Below, in pieces: positions 34,101 to 42,457 of a DNA stretch of 64,000 bases. The position numbers and the translations under genes are program-made. The notes beneath the pieces were generated by a model that did no database searches, was not told the DNA's origin, and saw nothing but the letters and a program-made list of their open reading frames with translations. Source of the DNA: a virus (lineage: Duplodnaviria; Caudoviricetes); the IMG/VR virus record IMGVR_UViG_2913820460_000006, positions 1-64,000 of that record; one strand, written 5' to 3'. Each line of letters opens with the position of its first letter. Position 1 is the stretch's first letter.

Positions 34101-37100
34101 GGAAACTACGAGCGGATGTGCCATCCAATTTGCCTTTGCCACCAAAAATATCAAGGAAGCTGATTCAAAGCTGATAGAATGCTATGACCCTGATAGCGGA
34201 GCCGGTTTCTATGTCTGTGGAAATAAAGCTGCGATATACTGCAAGACCGGACAACCGGCTTTGGTGGAACGCTCATTCCGACAAGGTGAAAAAATTACCA
34301 TGGCCGTAGTTGTAGAACCATCTACCATTTATGTATCACGTGGGGGAAGCAATTATTCCTGTATCAAACTGTATTTGAATGGTGAAGAGGTCGGCTGTAT
34401 AGGATATATCAGTAATAGCGGTGCTATCCTTAATTCAAAAACCATAACATTTGACGGAACGGAAGGAGACCTGTATTTGTATTATGTACTTGCCTACAAC
34501 AGTCATTATGAATGGGCGCAAGCTTTTAGAAACTATTTGTGCAAGTTGACTGATACTTCAGCAATGATACAGGAGTATGAAGCGGAGAATGTGCTTGATA
34601 CACAGAATCGTCCGACAATAGAAGCCCTTTCCGCAAAAGGCATACCTTATTATGTGGTCGTGTCAGACCAGCAAACCTTTGACACGTTTGACGGTGATAT
34701 TGATACAAGCAAGAAGTTCAAATGTACGTTGTTCTATTATCATCCGACTATGCCGTGGAGAAGTTTTAAGGCTATCAATGTGCAATGGCGCAGGCAGGGA
34801 ACCACTTCGGCAAAACGGCCTATCAAGAACGACCGTTTCTATCTTCAAAAGAATGATGGTTGGGAGGTAACTCCTATTTATCCGGATTATGACAGTGAAG
34901 ATGCTCAAATATCATATAAACTGATGAAAATAGGTTATGTCCGTGTAGGCGAAGATTCTATTCCGGTAAAAATAATAACGGTGAAAGTGGATTATTCCGA
35001 CAGCTCCAATGCCAACGACTGCGGTGTGTGCGGTTTGATGAATGCCACATTTCGTGCACTCGGAAGTAATTACCTGACTCCCGCTCAGCGTTCATTCGAT
35101 GGAACTTGGGCAAAGAGTGACATATCATTAAAGGGATTGGAAATGAATCACTCGACAGCCAATCATCCCATTGCCGCATTCCGTGCTACACAGGAAAGCT
35201 TGACAGACGCATGGTTTCATGCAAAAGGAAACTGGAAAGAGGATAAGGGAGAACAGGTTGCGCTTGGGTTTAAAGATACTCCCGGTTACAATAAAGGCTG
35301 CGTGAACTATGGAGATTTTGTGGAATATTTCGGACAAAATGGCGAAAGCCTCGACCAGATAGAAACACGTTTTAAGAATGATATTACCACCGATAAAGAA
35401 AAGCTTTATCTTCTTTCCCTATATTGCGGACAGGACTACCGGTTTATGTCATACGAACGGGGAGAGTGGACGCGACAAGCCGGAGAGATGAAGCAGGAAA
35501 ACGGCAAGTGGAAGATTACAGGCAAGGTCCTTAATCCGGTAAGCGGTTACGAATTGCTCACATATGATGGAATGAACTGGTGGCAAGGGGTTGGCAGCGT
35601 TGAAGATATGATGGAACCTACTACCGCAGAGTCCTCGTGGGTAACGAAACTCAAACTCGGACAGGATACTTATCCGATGTGGACAAGGTACTTTGAATGC
35701 ATGATAGACGATGACCAGCTACAGATAGACTTGGCTATGGGACGGAAAGTTCCTTATGACCTTTATCAAGTCCTGAAATTCTGTGATAGTTGCGATTATG
35801 CCAAGGAAGAACTCGCAGGGAAATGGCAGGAAATTTGGAAGACAGAGATGTGGAAATACATCAATCCGTACTCATTGGTTTCCTATTATCTTTTCACCGA
35901 TTATCTTGCCGCTGTCGACCAACAGGCGAAAAACATGCAACCGATGTTCTTCCTTGAAGACGGCTGCAGCGTCAAGGACGGTGTTTATAGCGGAGCAAAC
36001 GGTATGGAAGCACGAAGAATGTATCTTAATAAAGTTTATGACTGTGATACCTGTAACGGTAAGGATAATGACGGCGGGCAAACCATTGACCCGGAAGTTG
36101 ACCCCGGTGACCTGACAAACAGTGCATACGCCGGAAGAGGAAGCGTGCTTTGGAATGATATACGTGGTCAGCAGACTATGGATGTAGACCAAAATGCCAA
36201 TACAATTACATTGCCTGCAATAGCAGATACGATGCGTTCGCTTCCCGATACACTTGGAATCGGTGCCGGACCGTTTTCTCCCAAGGGGGCTGACTATTAT
36301 TTTGTAAAACAGATAATGAAAAAATGGCCTAAAGTTGTTTCAAGTTATGACGGAGAACGGAAGTATATCAAATATACAGGATATAACGACCTCTATTTCT
36401 ATGCATTGCAAGGGCTGGGGCTGACATCTCTTCCCGCTTTTATAGAACAACGCTGGCGCATCCGTGACGGATACTACCGCTGTGGGGATTTCAAGGCGGA
36501 AAGCGGTTATATTGGTGGACGTATCGGTGCAAAAGAAGGTGCAGTCATCAGATTTAAAGCGGCCAAGAGTGGGTATTTCGGTATCGGTAACGATAGTGGA
36601 AACATTACACAGGGAATCTTTCTGAAGGCAGGGGAAAGCGGTACATTCACAGATTTCCAGCATGGGGAAAACATCATGCTGTACATATATCAGGCAGACC
36701 GCATGAGCATGATAGATTTAAGTGAAGTAAGTATTGACCCTCAATTCGGGAATACCCTTTCAAAAATGTCGTTGCTACAGGAACTGTATCTCGGTAGTGA
36801 AAATCATAAGGAATGGAAAATGTCGCCCGGAAACACCGGATTTCTTACCAATTTGGATTTAGGAGACATGCCGTTTCTCACTACATTGGATATTCGAAAC
36901 ACGGAAATTATAACCGTCAATTGCTCAAAGTGTCCACGAATGGAGAGTGTGCATGCCGATAATACTTCTTTGTCTGCAATAACGTTTGCTGAAACTTCTC
37001 CGATAAGTACGCTTGCCCTTCCCGGTACTATCACTGAACTTGTATTGAACAATCTGCCTAATCTGACTTATCCCGGCGGGCTTTCTCTTGGTGGTGTCAG

Positions 37101-39075
37101 TAAGGTTACAAAAATATTCGTGAATGAATGTCCGTATATTGATACGATGACTCTGTTGGAACAGGTGGTCAATGCAAGTGAATTGAAAACCGTCCGTATT
37201 CCCAACGTAAATGCTACGGCGAGTGTTGAAATGCTTCGTTCCATAAAAAACGGTGGGGCTATAGGATTGGATGCGAATGGTAATGCGTACGATGAAAAAG
37301 GACAGTGTAGCGGAATAACCGGACGATGGATATTGGTCGAACTGATAGAGCAGAACGAAATCGAAGAGCTTGTCCGGTATTTTCCCCAACTTGAACTTCA
37401 TAATTCGCAGTTCTCTATTGTGAAAATCAGCGATACGGTAGACAATGATTCGTGTGAGAAGTATAGCAATCCCGAAAATAAGACGGGGGCGGATTATGGC
37501 AACACATATATTCCAAGCGGGCATACCCTTGCCATCAAGAAAGGATGCCATGCCTATAAATGCTCATTCAACACGAAGAAAAACCAGATGGAAGGCGTGC
37601 AGTTAAGCGATACGGATTTCAACTACCTGAAAAACGGCAGCAGCTTTGACATAACGGACACCGCCGGAGAGGGCTTTGATATATTCTGGCATGCTCCGCA
37701 CCATTGGTACAAGGGAGTGAACGACTACAAGAACCAAGTAAAGTATTTTTTCCCTTCTATAACAGAGACCGAACCGCTCTCAACTGCATTGCATAGCAGA
37801 AAATCCCTGTTGTCGGAATTGCTATATATGGAAAATACCGGAGTGTATGCGATTGATGCCGTTGTCGGTGAAGTCATAGGCGAGGATGTCATAACCACCG
37901 CATCCAATACGAACAGCTACAAGATGGATGTGAGAGGAATGAAGCAGGTAAGATGGCCCGGTCTGAACCATGCCCGGCTTGGAGGCGTGTTCACTGACGA
38001 AAACAACCGTGTGCTCAGTACGTTCATCATGTCTGTAAGCCATACCTATTTTGACTTCAACATCGGTGATTATGTGTTCTGTGACATACCTAACGGTGCA
38101 AAATGGTTTTATTTCACTTCTTTCCGTGACATTGGCGACATAGAGTGCCTTGTTGTAGACAGCAGCAGTATTGAAGCCATAGAACCTGAATGGACCGAAC
38201 ACACGGTTGGCGACAACGACAGTCTGGTCGGTGTATATCCTATTACCGTTGACGGTTTGAAGATGCCACGCAGCCTTTCCGGTGATATACGTTCGAAGAA
38301 AGGCAACGGGACGTCCGTTACATCTAACGAATGGAAATACGACAGTGAGGGTAATCCTATTGAGATGCCTATCGGCGGTTTGAATTACACGGCAAAGGAT
38401 TTCCAAAACATCTGCCGCTTACGTGGAGTTGGCTATCAGTTGCAGGATTACGAACAGCATAAAGAGATTAGCAATCTATGGTGGGCTTTGAGCGGAACAA
38501 CCAACGAACAGTCGGTTGTGGGCAATGGCGGACATGACAGCATTCTGAATAAACTGGATTCCATTGGCATGGCTGACAGCAATAATACCGGCAATACGCT
38601 CAACTCCATACTTGGATTGAAGCATTATGTGGGTTGTGATTCAGAATGGATGGACTATATCGCTTTTAATGTGCCGAGCTATGAAGCGTTCTACAAGGCA
38701 AAATGCACGGAGAACGACAGTTCATATCCAATAGATTATACAGCGCATATTTATGACCCCGTAAACAAAACCGAACGGACTGTTAAAACAGTTGACGCTT
38801 CCAATGGAAATTGTGTCGTGCGCATAGTACATGGTGCCAAGTGCGATGTATTGCCCAGCAGAGTACACAAGGGAGATACAAGTATGTATGTAACACATTA
38901 TGCAGCAGGATTTTGGATAAGTGGAAGCCGAGGCCGTTGTGTTTTGCGGTCCGGCAGCTACTCGTCTGCGAACAGCGGTCTCGCTTTTGCGGGCGCGAGC
39001 TGCGCTTCTTCGTACTCGAGCACGTACTGCGGGGCGCGTCTGGCCTTCCGCGGAAAATTCGTTATAATTGAATAG
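31138..39075 (+). CDS. DGR target protein, putative tail fibre/receptor-binding protein with LamG-like, CotH-kinase-like, LRR-like and C-terminal C-type-lectin-fold regions
   Basis: 2645 aa; the VR encodes the C-terminal RCVLRSG...GARLAF segment typical of CLec DGR targets. Confidence 0.85.
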   Translation: MSYESKHIDGDVSVGRNTAIGGDATVQGKTHLKGNVMVDGWLEAKNIKGVSKGLFTTIEKLKAAYPLPHDGWWALVGVSLPAPIYVGDGGEWVPTGQSGGNPTIDSGQYNEAVEKLQEDITKLQDDITDIEARNKAQDTNLTTLGDSVNSLQDQVNTTKDTANKANNKANEVGSQLNSFKESKGENGGIAPLDEQGKVPSRHLPGYIDDVVDFYGISVGITVKNESIDKNSNDEGCKVVYDKEHGCFVLAYVPTIGESETATYYNNWLDADVFGTASTNGRIPSSGKVFLCEEDGKSYRWSGKQLTSIGSDLALGHTSSTAFPGDEGAKLQEDMKQVEENKKAILSLNKQVVSRSVVNVNHLFDLSDREITFSVALDRCATSEYASALQIPGVVLIFLTEAGWVSKQWTNTSDWSKESNWTDFGTSGGGNVGNTINVNDLCGDGEYTLGTAIKAVVDLEKESGFSYLKSGIVLTFKTAESDKNGAPVWLAYQFTRDKSDISPDDLKPWVAFGSGGSKVETSDKPAEGGKDALSTGGAYIMQEKAIGGFDEESDEDYIYYKATNLNGGQIEDIVLKIPKNGGGGGSSEDSTLSIYFEEAAPIMAFGSEIKINVALRSVSYPDGNEVLGVIRNITIIDASTGLTLSSEDMNTVGSASATDYKFELDFTSYFSSAASKSFFVQATDSDGNTKKKAITIMAVDITVEQPMALNYTSDTILVAGGPAKNIGQFYKFPNNTSSILAVVEMFYNGEWKKLGEATVSDSYTKGISVNPTNVFGGGERLSHGAYPVRIYGTEKKSGVKGNTIYSAIMCVDENSNTPIVAIRFNDKNNGTLRLYDNLTVEVAAYTPGKTETHVDVFYSEEKVTAVEAMIAETVTVNKQISGYSTDGSQSITVHAESGGVSTNEIKVTIKGSAIDIAIKDGALFGYDFSTRSNSESDHTITHNGVTMDVRGANWSSNGFVDFLKERSLRIAENVTAEVLDYHPFGNASVETTSGCAIQFAFATKNIKEADSKLIECYDPDSGAGFYVCGNKAAIYCKTGQPALVERSFRQGEKITMAVVVEPSTIYVSRGGSNYSCIKLYLNGEEVGCIGYISNSGAILNSKTITFDGTEGDLYLYYVLAYNSHYEWAQAFRNYLCKLTDTSAMIQEYEAENVLDTQNRPTIEALSAKGIPYYVVVSDQQTFDTFDGDIDTSKKFKCTLFYYHPTMPWRSFKAINVQWRRQGTTSAKRPIKNDRFYLQKNDGWEVTPIYPDYDSEDAQISYKLMKIGYVRVGEDSIPVKIITVKVDYSDSSNANDCGVCGLMNATFRALGSNYLTPAQRSFDGTWAKSDISLKGLEMNHSTANHPIAAFRATQESLTDAWFHAKGNWKEDKGEQVALGFKDTPGYNKGCVNYGDFVEYFGQNGESLDQIETRFKNDITTDKEKLYLLSLYCGQDYRFMSYERGEWTRQAGEMKQENGKWKITGKVLNPVSGYELLTYDGMNWWQGVGSVEDMMEPTTAESSWVTKLKLGQDTYPMWTRYFECMIDDDQLQIDLAMGRKVPYDLYQVLKFCDSCDYAKEELAGKWQEIWKTEMWKYINPYSLVSYYLFTDYLAAVDQQAKNMQPMFFLEDGCSVKDGVYSGANGMEARRMYLNKVYDCDTCNGKDNDGGQTIDPEVDPGDLTNSAYAGRGSVLWNDIRGQQTMDVDQNANTITLPAIADTMRSLPDTLGIGAGPFSPKGADYYFVKQIMKKWPKVVSSYDGERKYIKYTGYNDLYFYALQGLGLTSLPAFIEQRWRIRDGYYRCGDFKAESGYIGGRIGAKEGAVIRFKAAKSGYFGIGNDSGNITQGIFLKAGESGTFTDFQHGENIMLYIYQADRMSMIDLSEVSIDPQFGNTLSKMSLLQELYLGSENHKEWKMSPGNTGFLTNLDLGDMPFLTTLDIRNTEIITVNCSKCPRMESVHADNTSLSAITFAETSPISTLALPGTITELVLNNLPNLTYPGGLSLGGVSKVTKIFVNECPYIDTMTLLEQVVNASELKTVRIPNVNATASVEMLRSIKNGGAIGLDANGNAYDEKGQCSGITGRWILVELIEQNEIEELVRYFPQLELHNSQFSIVKISDTVDNDSCEKYSNPENKTGADYGNTYIPSGHTLAIKKGCHAYKCSFNTKKNQMEGVQLSDTDFNYLKNGSSFDITDTAGEGFDIFWHAPHHWYKGVNDYKNQVKYFFPSITETEPLSTALHSRKSLLSELLYMENTGVYAIDAVVGEVIGEDVITTASNTNSYKMDVRGMKQVRWPGLNHARLGGVFTDENNRVLSTFIMSVSHTYFDFNIGDYVFCDIPNGAKWFYFTSFRDIGDIECLVVDSSSIEAIEPEWTEHTVGDNDSLVGVYPITVDGLKMPRSLSGDIRSKKGNGTSVTSNEWKYDSEGNPIEMPIGGLNYTAKDFQNICRLRGVGYQLQDYEQHKEISNLWWALSGTTNEQSVVGNGGHDSILNKLDSIGMADSNNTGNTLNSILGLKHYVGCDSEWMDYIAFNVPSYEAFYKAKCTENDSSYPIDYTAHIYDPVNKTERTVKTVDASNGNCVVRIVHGAKCDVLPSRVHKGDTSMYVTHYAAGFWISGSRGRCVLRSGSYSSANSGLAFAGASCASSYSSTYCGARLAFRGKFVIIE
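38933..39048 (+). repeat. DGR variable repeat (VR)
   Basis: Ungapped 116-bp alignment to 39945-40060; 18 mismatches, every one opposite a TR adenine. Confidence 0.97.
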
Positions 39076-39106
39076 AGCGGACCTCGCGATTTCGAAAAAA
39101 GCGTTG

Positions 39107-39155
39107 GAGGGAGAGCCGTAGGCTGCTCCCTCTTTCTTTTTCTCGCGTAAGCGAG
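39107..39155 (+). promoter_or_regulatory. Two hairpins downstream of the VR (candidate DGR cis-acting cruciform and/or terminator)
   Basis: GAGGGAG-AGCC-GTA-GGCT-G-CTCCCTC (39107-39132) followed by TTTCTTTTT; CTCGC-GTAA-GCGAG (39142-39155). Confidence 0.7.
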
Positions 39156-39199
39156 TCGATTTTTGAAACTAATTTTTATGTGGTTGTATTTTTGTCTGT

Positions 39200-39236
39200 A
39201 AAACGTTCCATATATAGAACATTTTCACTATATTTG
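39200..39236 (+). promoter_or_regulatory. Putative operator palindrome and -7 promoter element of the TA-TR-RT unit
   Basis: AAAACGTTCCATATATAGAACATTTT (26-bp imperfect palindrome, 39200-39225) then TATATTTG at 39229-39236. Confidence 0.6.
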
Positions 39237-39256
39237 CATTGTGAATGATATAAGAT

Positions 39257-39601
39257 ATGGAATTGAAAACGAGATTCAAAGTAATAATGTCGAGTGAAGC
39301 CGATGCATTTCTTGACACTCTGCGCCAAGACGTTAAGGATAAAATTATCTATAATGTAGATAAGGTAGCCAATGGTTATATGGACAAAGATTTATTCAAG
39401 AAATTAGATGATACTGACATTTGGGAGTTTCGCACCCTGTATAAAGGTATTCAATATCGTCTGTTGGCTTTTTGGGACACCGACGCGGAAACGTTGGTCA
39501 TTGCCACGCATGGATTTGTGAAGAAAACACAAAAGACCCCACGCAAAGAGATAAACAAGGCGGAAGCCGTCAGAATATTATATTTCAACTCAAAAAAATA
39601 A
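39257..39601 (+). CDS. Type II toxin, RelE/ParE superfamily (HigB/Gp49-like)
   Basis: FKKL...IWEFR....QYRLLAF...LVIATHGFVKKTQKTP..EI..A pattern; upstream of an XRE HTH gene. Confidence 0.85.
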   Translation: MELKTRFKVIMSSEADAFLDTLRQDVKDKIIYNVDKVANGYMDKDLFKKLDDTDIWEFRTLYKGIQYRLLAFWDTDAETLVIATHGFVKKTQKTPRKEINKAEAVRILYFNSKK

Positions 39602-39605
39602 GTAT

Positions 39606-39917
39606 ATGGAAGCAATTAAATTTTATACCCTTGATGAAGTTAAGGATAAACATATAGGTGAGGTCGGTACACCGCACAGGGATAAGTATGAAGCTGAATT
39701 GCAATCATTTTTGATTGGGGAAGCCATAAAAAAAGCCCGTAAATCCCAAAACATGACCCAAGAGGAATTGGCACAAAAAATCGGTGTACAGCGTTCACAA
39801 GTATCCAAGATAGAAAGCGGACGTAATCTGACCCTTTCCACCATTGCGCGAGTGTTTAAGGCCATGGGTATGAAGGCGTCTTTGAGTATTTCCGGTTTAG
39901 GAAGCATAACTCTTTAA
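39606..39917 (+). CDS. XRE-family HTH antitoxin (HigA-like)
   Basis: IKKARKSQNMTQEELAQKIGVQRSQVSKIESG; 4 bp after the toxin gene. Confidence 0.88.
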   Translation: MEAIKFYTLDEVKDKHIGEVGTPHRDKYEAELQSFLIGEAIKKARKSQNMTQEELAQKIGVQRSQVSKIESGRNLTLSTIARVFKAMGMKASLSISGLGSITL

Positions 39918-39944
39918 AAAAATAAAAGGCGGACAATCCCTCGC

Positions 39945-40060
39945 GCCGTTGTGTTTTGCGGTCCGGCAACAACTCGAATGCGAACAGCGGTCTCGCTTAT
40001 GCGAACGCGAACAACGCTTCATCGAACTCGAACACGAACTACGGGGCGCGTCTGAAATTC
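39945..40060 (+). repeat. DGR template repeat (TR)
   Basis: AAC-rich copy of the VR, reading RCVLRSGNNSNANSGLAYANANNASSNSNTNYGARLKF in the target frame. Confidence 0.97.
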
Positions 40061-40163
40061 TGTTGGTTAAATTAATCGGAGACCCTGCACAGGTACGAGA
40101 TTACCACCGCCATTCTCCGAGGGATTCGAGCCTCGGCAACAGCATGATAATATATATTTATTA

Positions 40164-41654
40164 ATGGAAAGCCGGAACATATCTTTAACCACATGTGGGG
40201 AGAGGTTGGACCACTCCCCACGAGACCGGAAGGCGGTCAGCGATATATACGATTTATTCCAACCGGCCGTAGCTGCAACTGCGGTCTGTTATCCGTTATA
40301 TAATCTCATACCGGAGATTATATCCGATGAGAATTTGGAAAGGTCATTCAAGCGTGTCATGGCAAATCTGAGAAGTGCAGATACCCGAAGCGGAAATCGG
40401 CAAAGAGAGATAGCTGTAATAGATGGCATTGAATGTTCACCAAGAATGGCCCGTTATGTAAAAAACAAGCATAAGATACTTGATGCGCTGAAAGAACAGA
40501 TAGGTAACGGCACATTCCATATAAAGAACCTCAAGTCGTTTACTGTGGATGACGGACCGAAAGTAAGAATTGTGCAAGCCCCGTCAGTCATAGAGCGTAT
40601 TGGAAGCAATGCGATTATGGAGCCGTTGGAAAAGCATCTTTCACCCCTATTGATAGAAACAACGGCTGCATCCATACAAGGACGCGGACCGCATGGTCTG
40701 TTCCATCAGGTGCAGGATACATTGGCAGAGAACCCCAATATACACTATTATTATCAAAGCGATTATAAAGGATATTATGACAGTATTGACCATGATATAT
40801 TAATCTCCACAATCAGGCGATATGTCGGAGACCCTGTCTTATTGCCTATTCTTGAAAATTTTGTCAAAGCACTATATCCCAACGGGAAGCATGGCATAAG
40901 CAAAGGACTGCGTTCCTCACAATTCTTTGGAAACCTTTACCATAATGATATTGATCACCGGATGATTGATGAATATGGTGCAAAACATTACTTCCGTTTT
41001 TGTGATGACATCTTTATTCTCGGTGAGAGTAAACGTGATTTGTGGAAATTGCGGGACAAACTACACTATGAAGCAGCTCAAATAGGGCTGACAATAAAAC
41101 CAAGCGAAAAAGTGGCTCCCATATCCTCCGGTATGGATGCCCTTGGCTTTGTCAACTACGGCGACTATACATTGCTACGAAAACGGACAAAAGTAAATGC
41201 AGCCCGAAAACTTTCCAAGATTAAATCACGGAAACGGAGACAGCAAATAATCGGTTCATTCAAGGGTATGGCCTGCCATGCAGATTGCAAACATTTATTT
41301 TATATACTTACCAAGAACAACATGAAGAAATTTTCCGAAATGGGTGTTACGTACACTCCAGCAGATGGAAAAAAACGCTTTCCCGGCAAGGTTATGCGTT
41401 TGAGCGACATCGTAAATATTCCAATTGAGATACATGATTTTGAAACAGGAATAGACACCAAAGAGGGGGAAGACCGTTATCTGGTATCGTTCCGCAATCC
41501 CAGGACTCAAGAATGGGGAAAGTTCTTTACTGCATCGGTTGAGATGAAAGGTATTCTTGACCAAATCAGCGATATTGAGGACGGCTTTCCATTTGAAACA
41601 GTTCTCAAATGTGAAATGTTTGACGGAGGCAAACGAAAATACAATTTTACCTGA
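40164..41654 (+). CDS. DGR reverse transcriptase with in-frame ~110-aa C-terminal extra domain
   Basis: GPKVRIV, ERIGSNAIM, ASIQGRGPH, YYYQSDYKGYYDSIDH, GLRSSQFFGNLY, YFRFCDDIFI, DALGFV; adjacent to the TR. Confidence 0.95.
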   Translation: MESRNISLTTCGERLDHSPRDRKAVSDIYDLFQPAVAATAVCYPLYNLIPEIISDENLERSFKRVMANLRSADTRSGNRQREIAVIDGIECSPRMARYVKNKHKILDALKEQIGNGTFHIKNLKSFTVDDGPKVRIVQAPSVIERIGSNAIMEPLEKHLSPLLIETTAASIQGRGPHGLFHQVQDTLAENPNIHYYYQSDYKGYYDSIDHDILISTIRRYVGDPVLLPILENFVKALYPNGKHGISKGLRSSQFFGNLYHNDIDHRMIDEYGAKHYFRFCDDIFILGESKRDLWKLRDKLHYEAAQIGLTIKPSEKVAPISSGMDALGFVNYGDYTLLRKRTKVNAARKLSKIKSRKRRQQIIGSFKGMACHADCKHLFYILTKNNMKKFSEMGVTYTPADGKKRFPGKVMRLSDIVNIPIEIHDFETGIDTKEGEDRYLVSFRNPRTQEWGKFFTASVEMKGILDQISDIEDGFPFETVLKCEMFDGGKRKYNFT

Positions 41655-41656
41655 CG

Positions 41657-41700
41657 GGAAAAAGATAACATACTAATCCGCTCGGTATCCGCTACTTTTG
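41657..41700 (+). promoter_or_regulatory. Putative late promoter, motif copy 5 (lysis/structural operon)
   Basis: GGAAAAAGATAA-N24-TACTTTTG, 21 bp upstream of the 41722 ATG. Confidence 0.7.
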
Positions 41701-41721
41701 TCGTAAATCAAAATTCATGCA

Positions 41722-42228
41722 ATGGAAAAGATTTACGGCACAAAGAAGCGGCAGGATTGTCTTGTACGTACAGGACGCTCCAAGTGGATACTGTTTTATG
41801 GCTTCGGGAAAGATGATGAGAATAGTGAGAATGGCTGGGAGTACCGGCATACATTCGACCATAAACCCACACTTTCCGAAGTCAAGGAACTTGTTGTGTC
41901 CGCTATAAACACGGCTACGGAGGAAAAGATTATAAACGGCTTTGTCTGGAACGGGAAAGCAGTATATCTTTCACCCGAAAACCAATTAAACTTTTCCGCT
42001 ATAGAACGTAGTGAAAAGATTCCTTATCCGCTTATTCTAAAAATCAATGAACAGGAAGATGGTACGCCCATCTATCATACTTTCGAGAATGCAGATGATT
42101 TTATTGCGTTCTCCCAAGCAGCGTGCGCCTATGTGATAAAGACTGTTCAGGAAGGGTGGAAAGAAAAGGATGAAGTGGATTGGACGGTATTTAATTTAAA
42201 AAGTAATAACGATGAAAAAGTTGATTGA
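41722..42228 (+). CDS. DUF4376-like tail fibre-associated protein
   Basis: IN..TEEKI..GFVWNGKAVYLSPENQLNF...GW..KD..DW pattern. Confidence 0.6.
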   Translation: MEKIYGTKKRQDCLVRTGRSKWILFYGFGKDDENSENGWEYRHTFDHKPTLSEVKELVVSAINTATEEKIINGFVWNGKAVYLSPENQLNFSAIERSEKIPYPLILKINEQEDGTPIYHTFENADDFIAFSQAACAYVIKTVQEGWKEKDEVDWTVFNLKSNNDEKVD

Positions 42229-42457
42229 ATGGCTCGGAATGAGTAACAGGTGGAAACACCTCATAGGAGGACTGATTATCGGCATTTTTGCATTTGGTTG
42301 GTTTACCGCAATGTATGCCGGAGTTTTGACAGCAGGTGCTTTGGAATATAAAGACAAGGTGCATGGCGGTAGATGGGATTGGATTGACTTTGGTCTTACA
42401 GTAGCCGGAGCAATGATAGGACAACTAATAGAAGGAACTTTAATATGGAACAACTAA
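42212..42457 (+). CDS. Small membrane protein, holin candidate
   Basis: 81 aa with 2-3 hydrophobic helices, in the lysis cassette. Confidence 0.6.
   Translation: MKKLIEWLGMSNRWKHLIGGLIIGIFAFGWFTAMYAGVLTAGALEYKDKVHGGRWDWIDFGLTVAGAMIGQLIEGTLIWNN

Noticed and set aside
39949-40164. 71-aa ORF over the TR (and 38811-39071 over the VR)
   Set aside because: Alternative-frame reading of the repeat; the TR region is better explained as non-coding DGR RNA.
40164-41654. Group II intron, retron or Abi interpretation of the RT
   Set aside because: No maturase/endonuclease domain or retron VTG motif; the adjacent TR/VR pair with adenine-only mismatches identifies a DGR.
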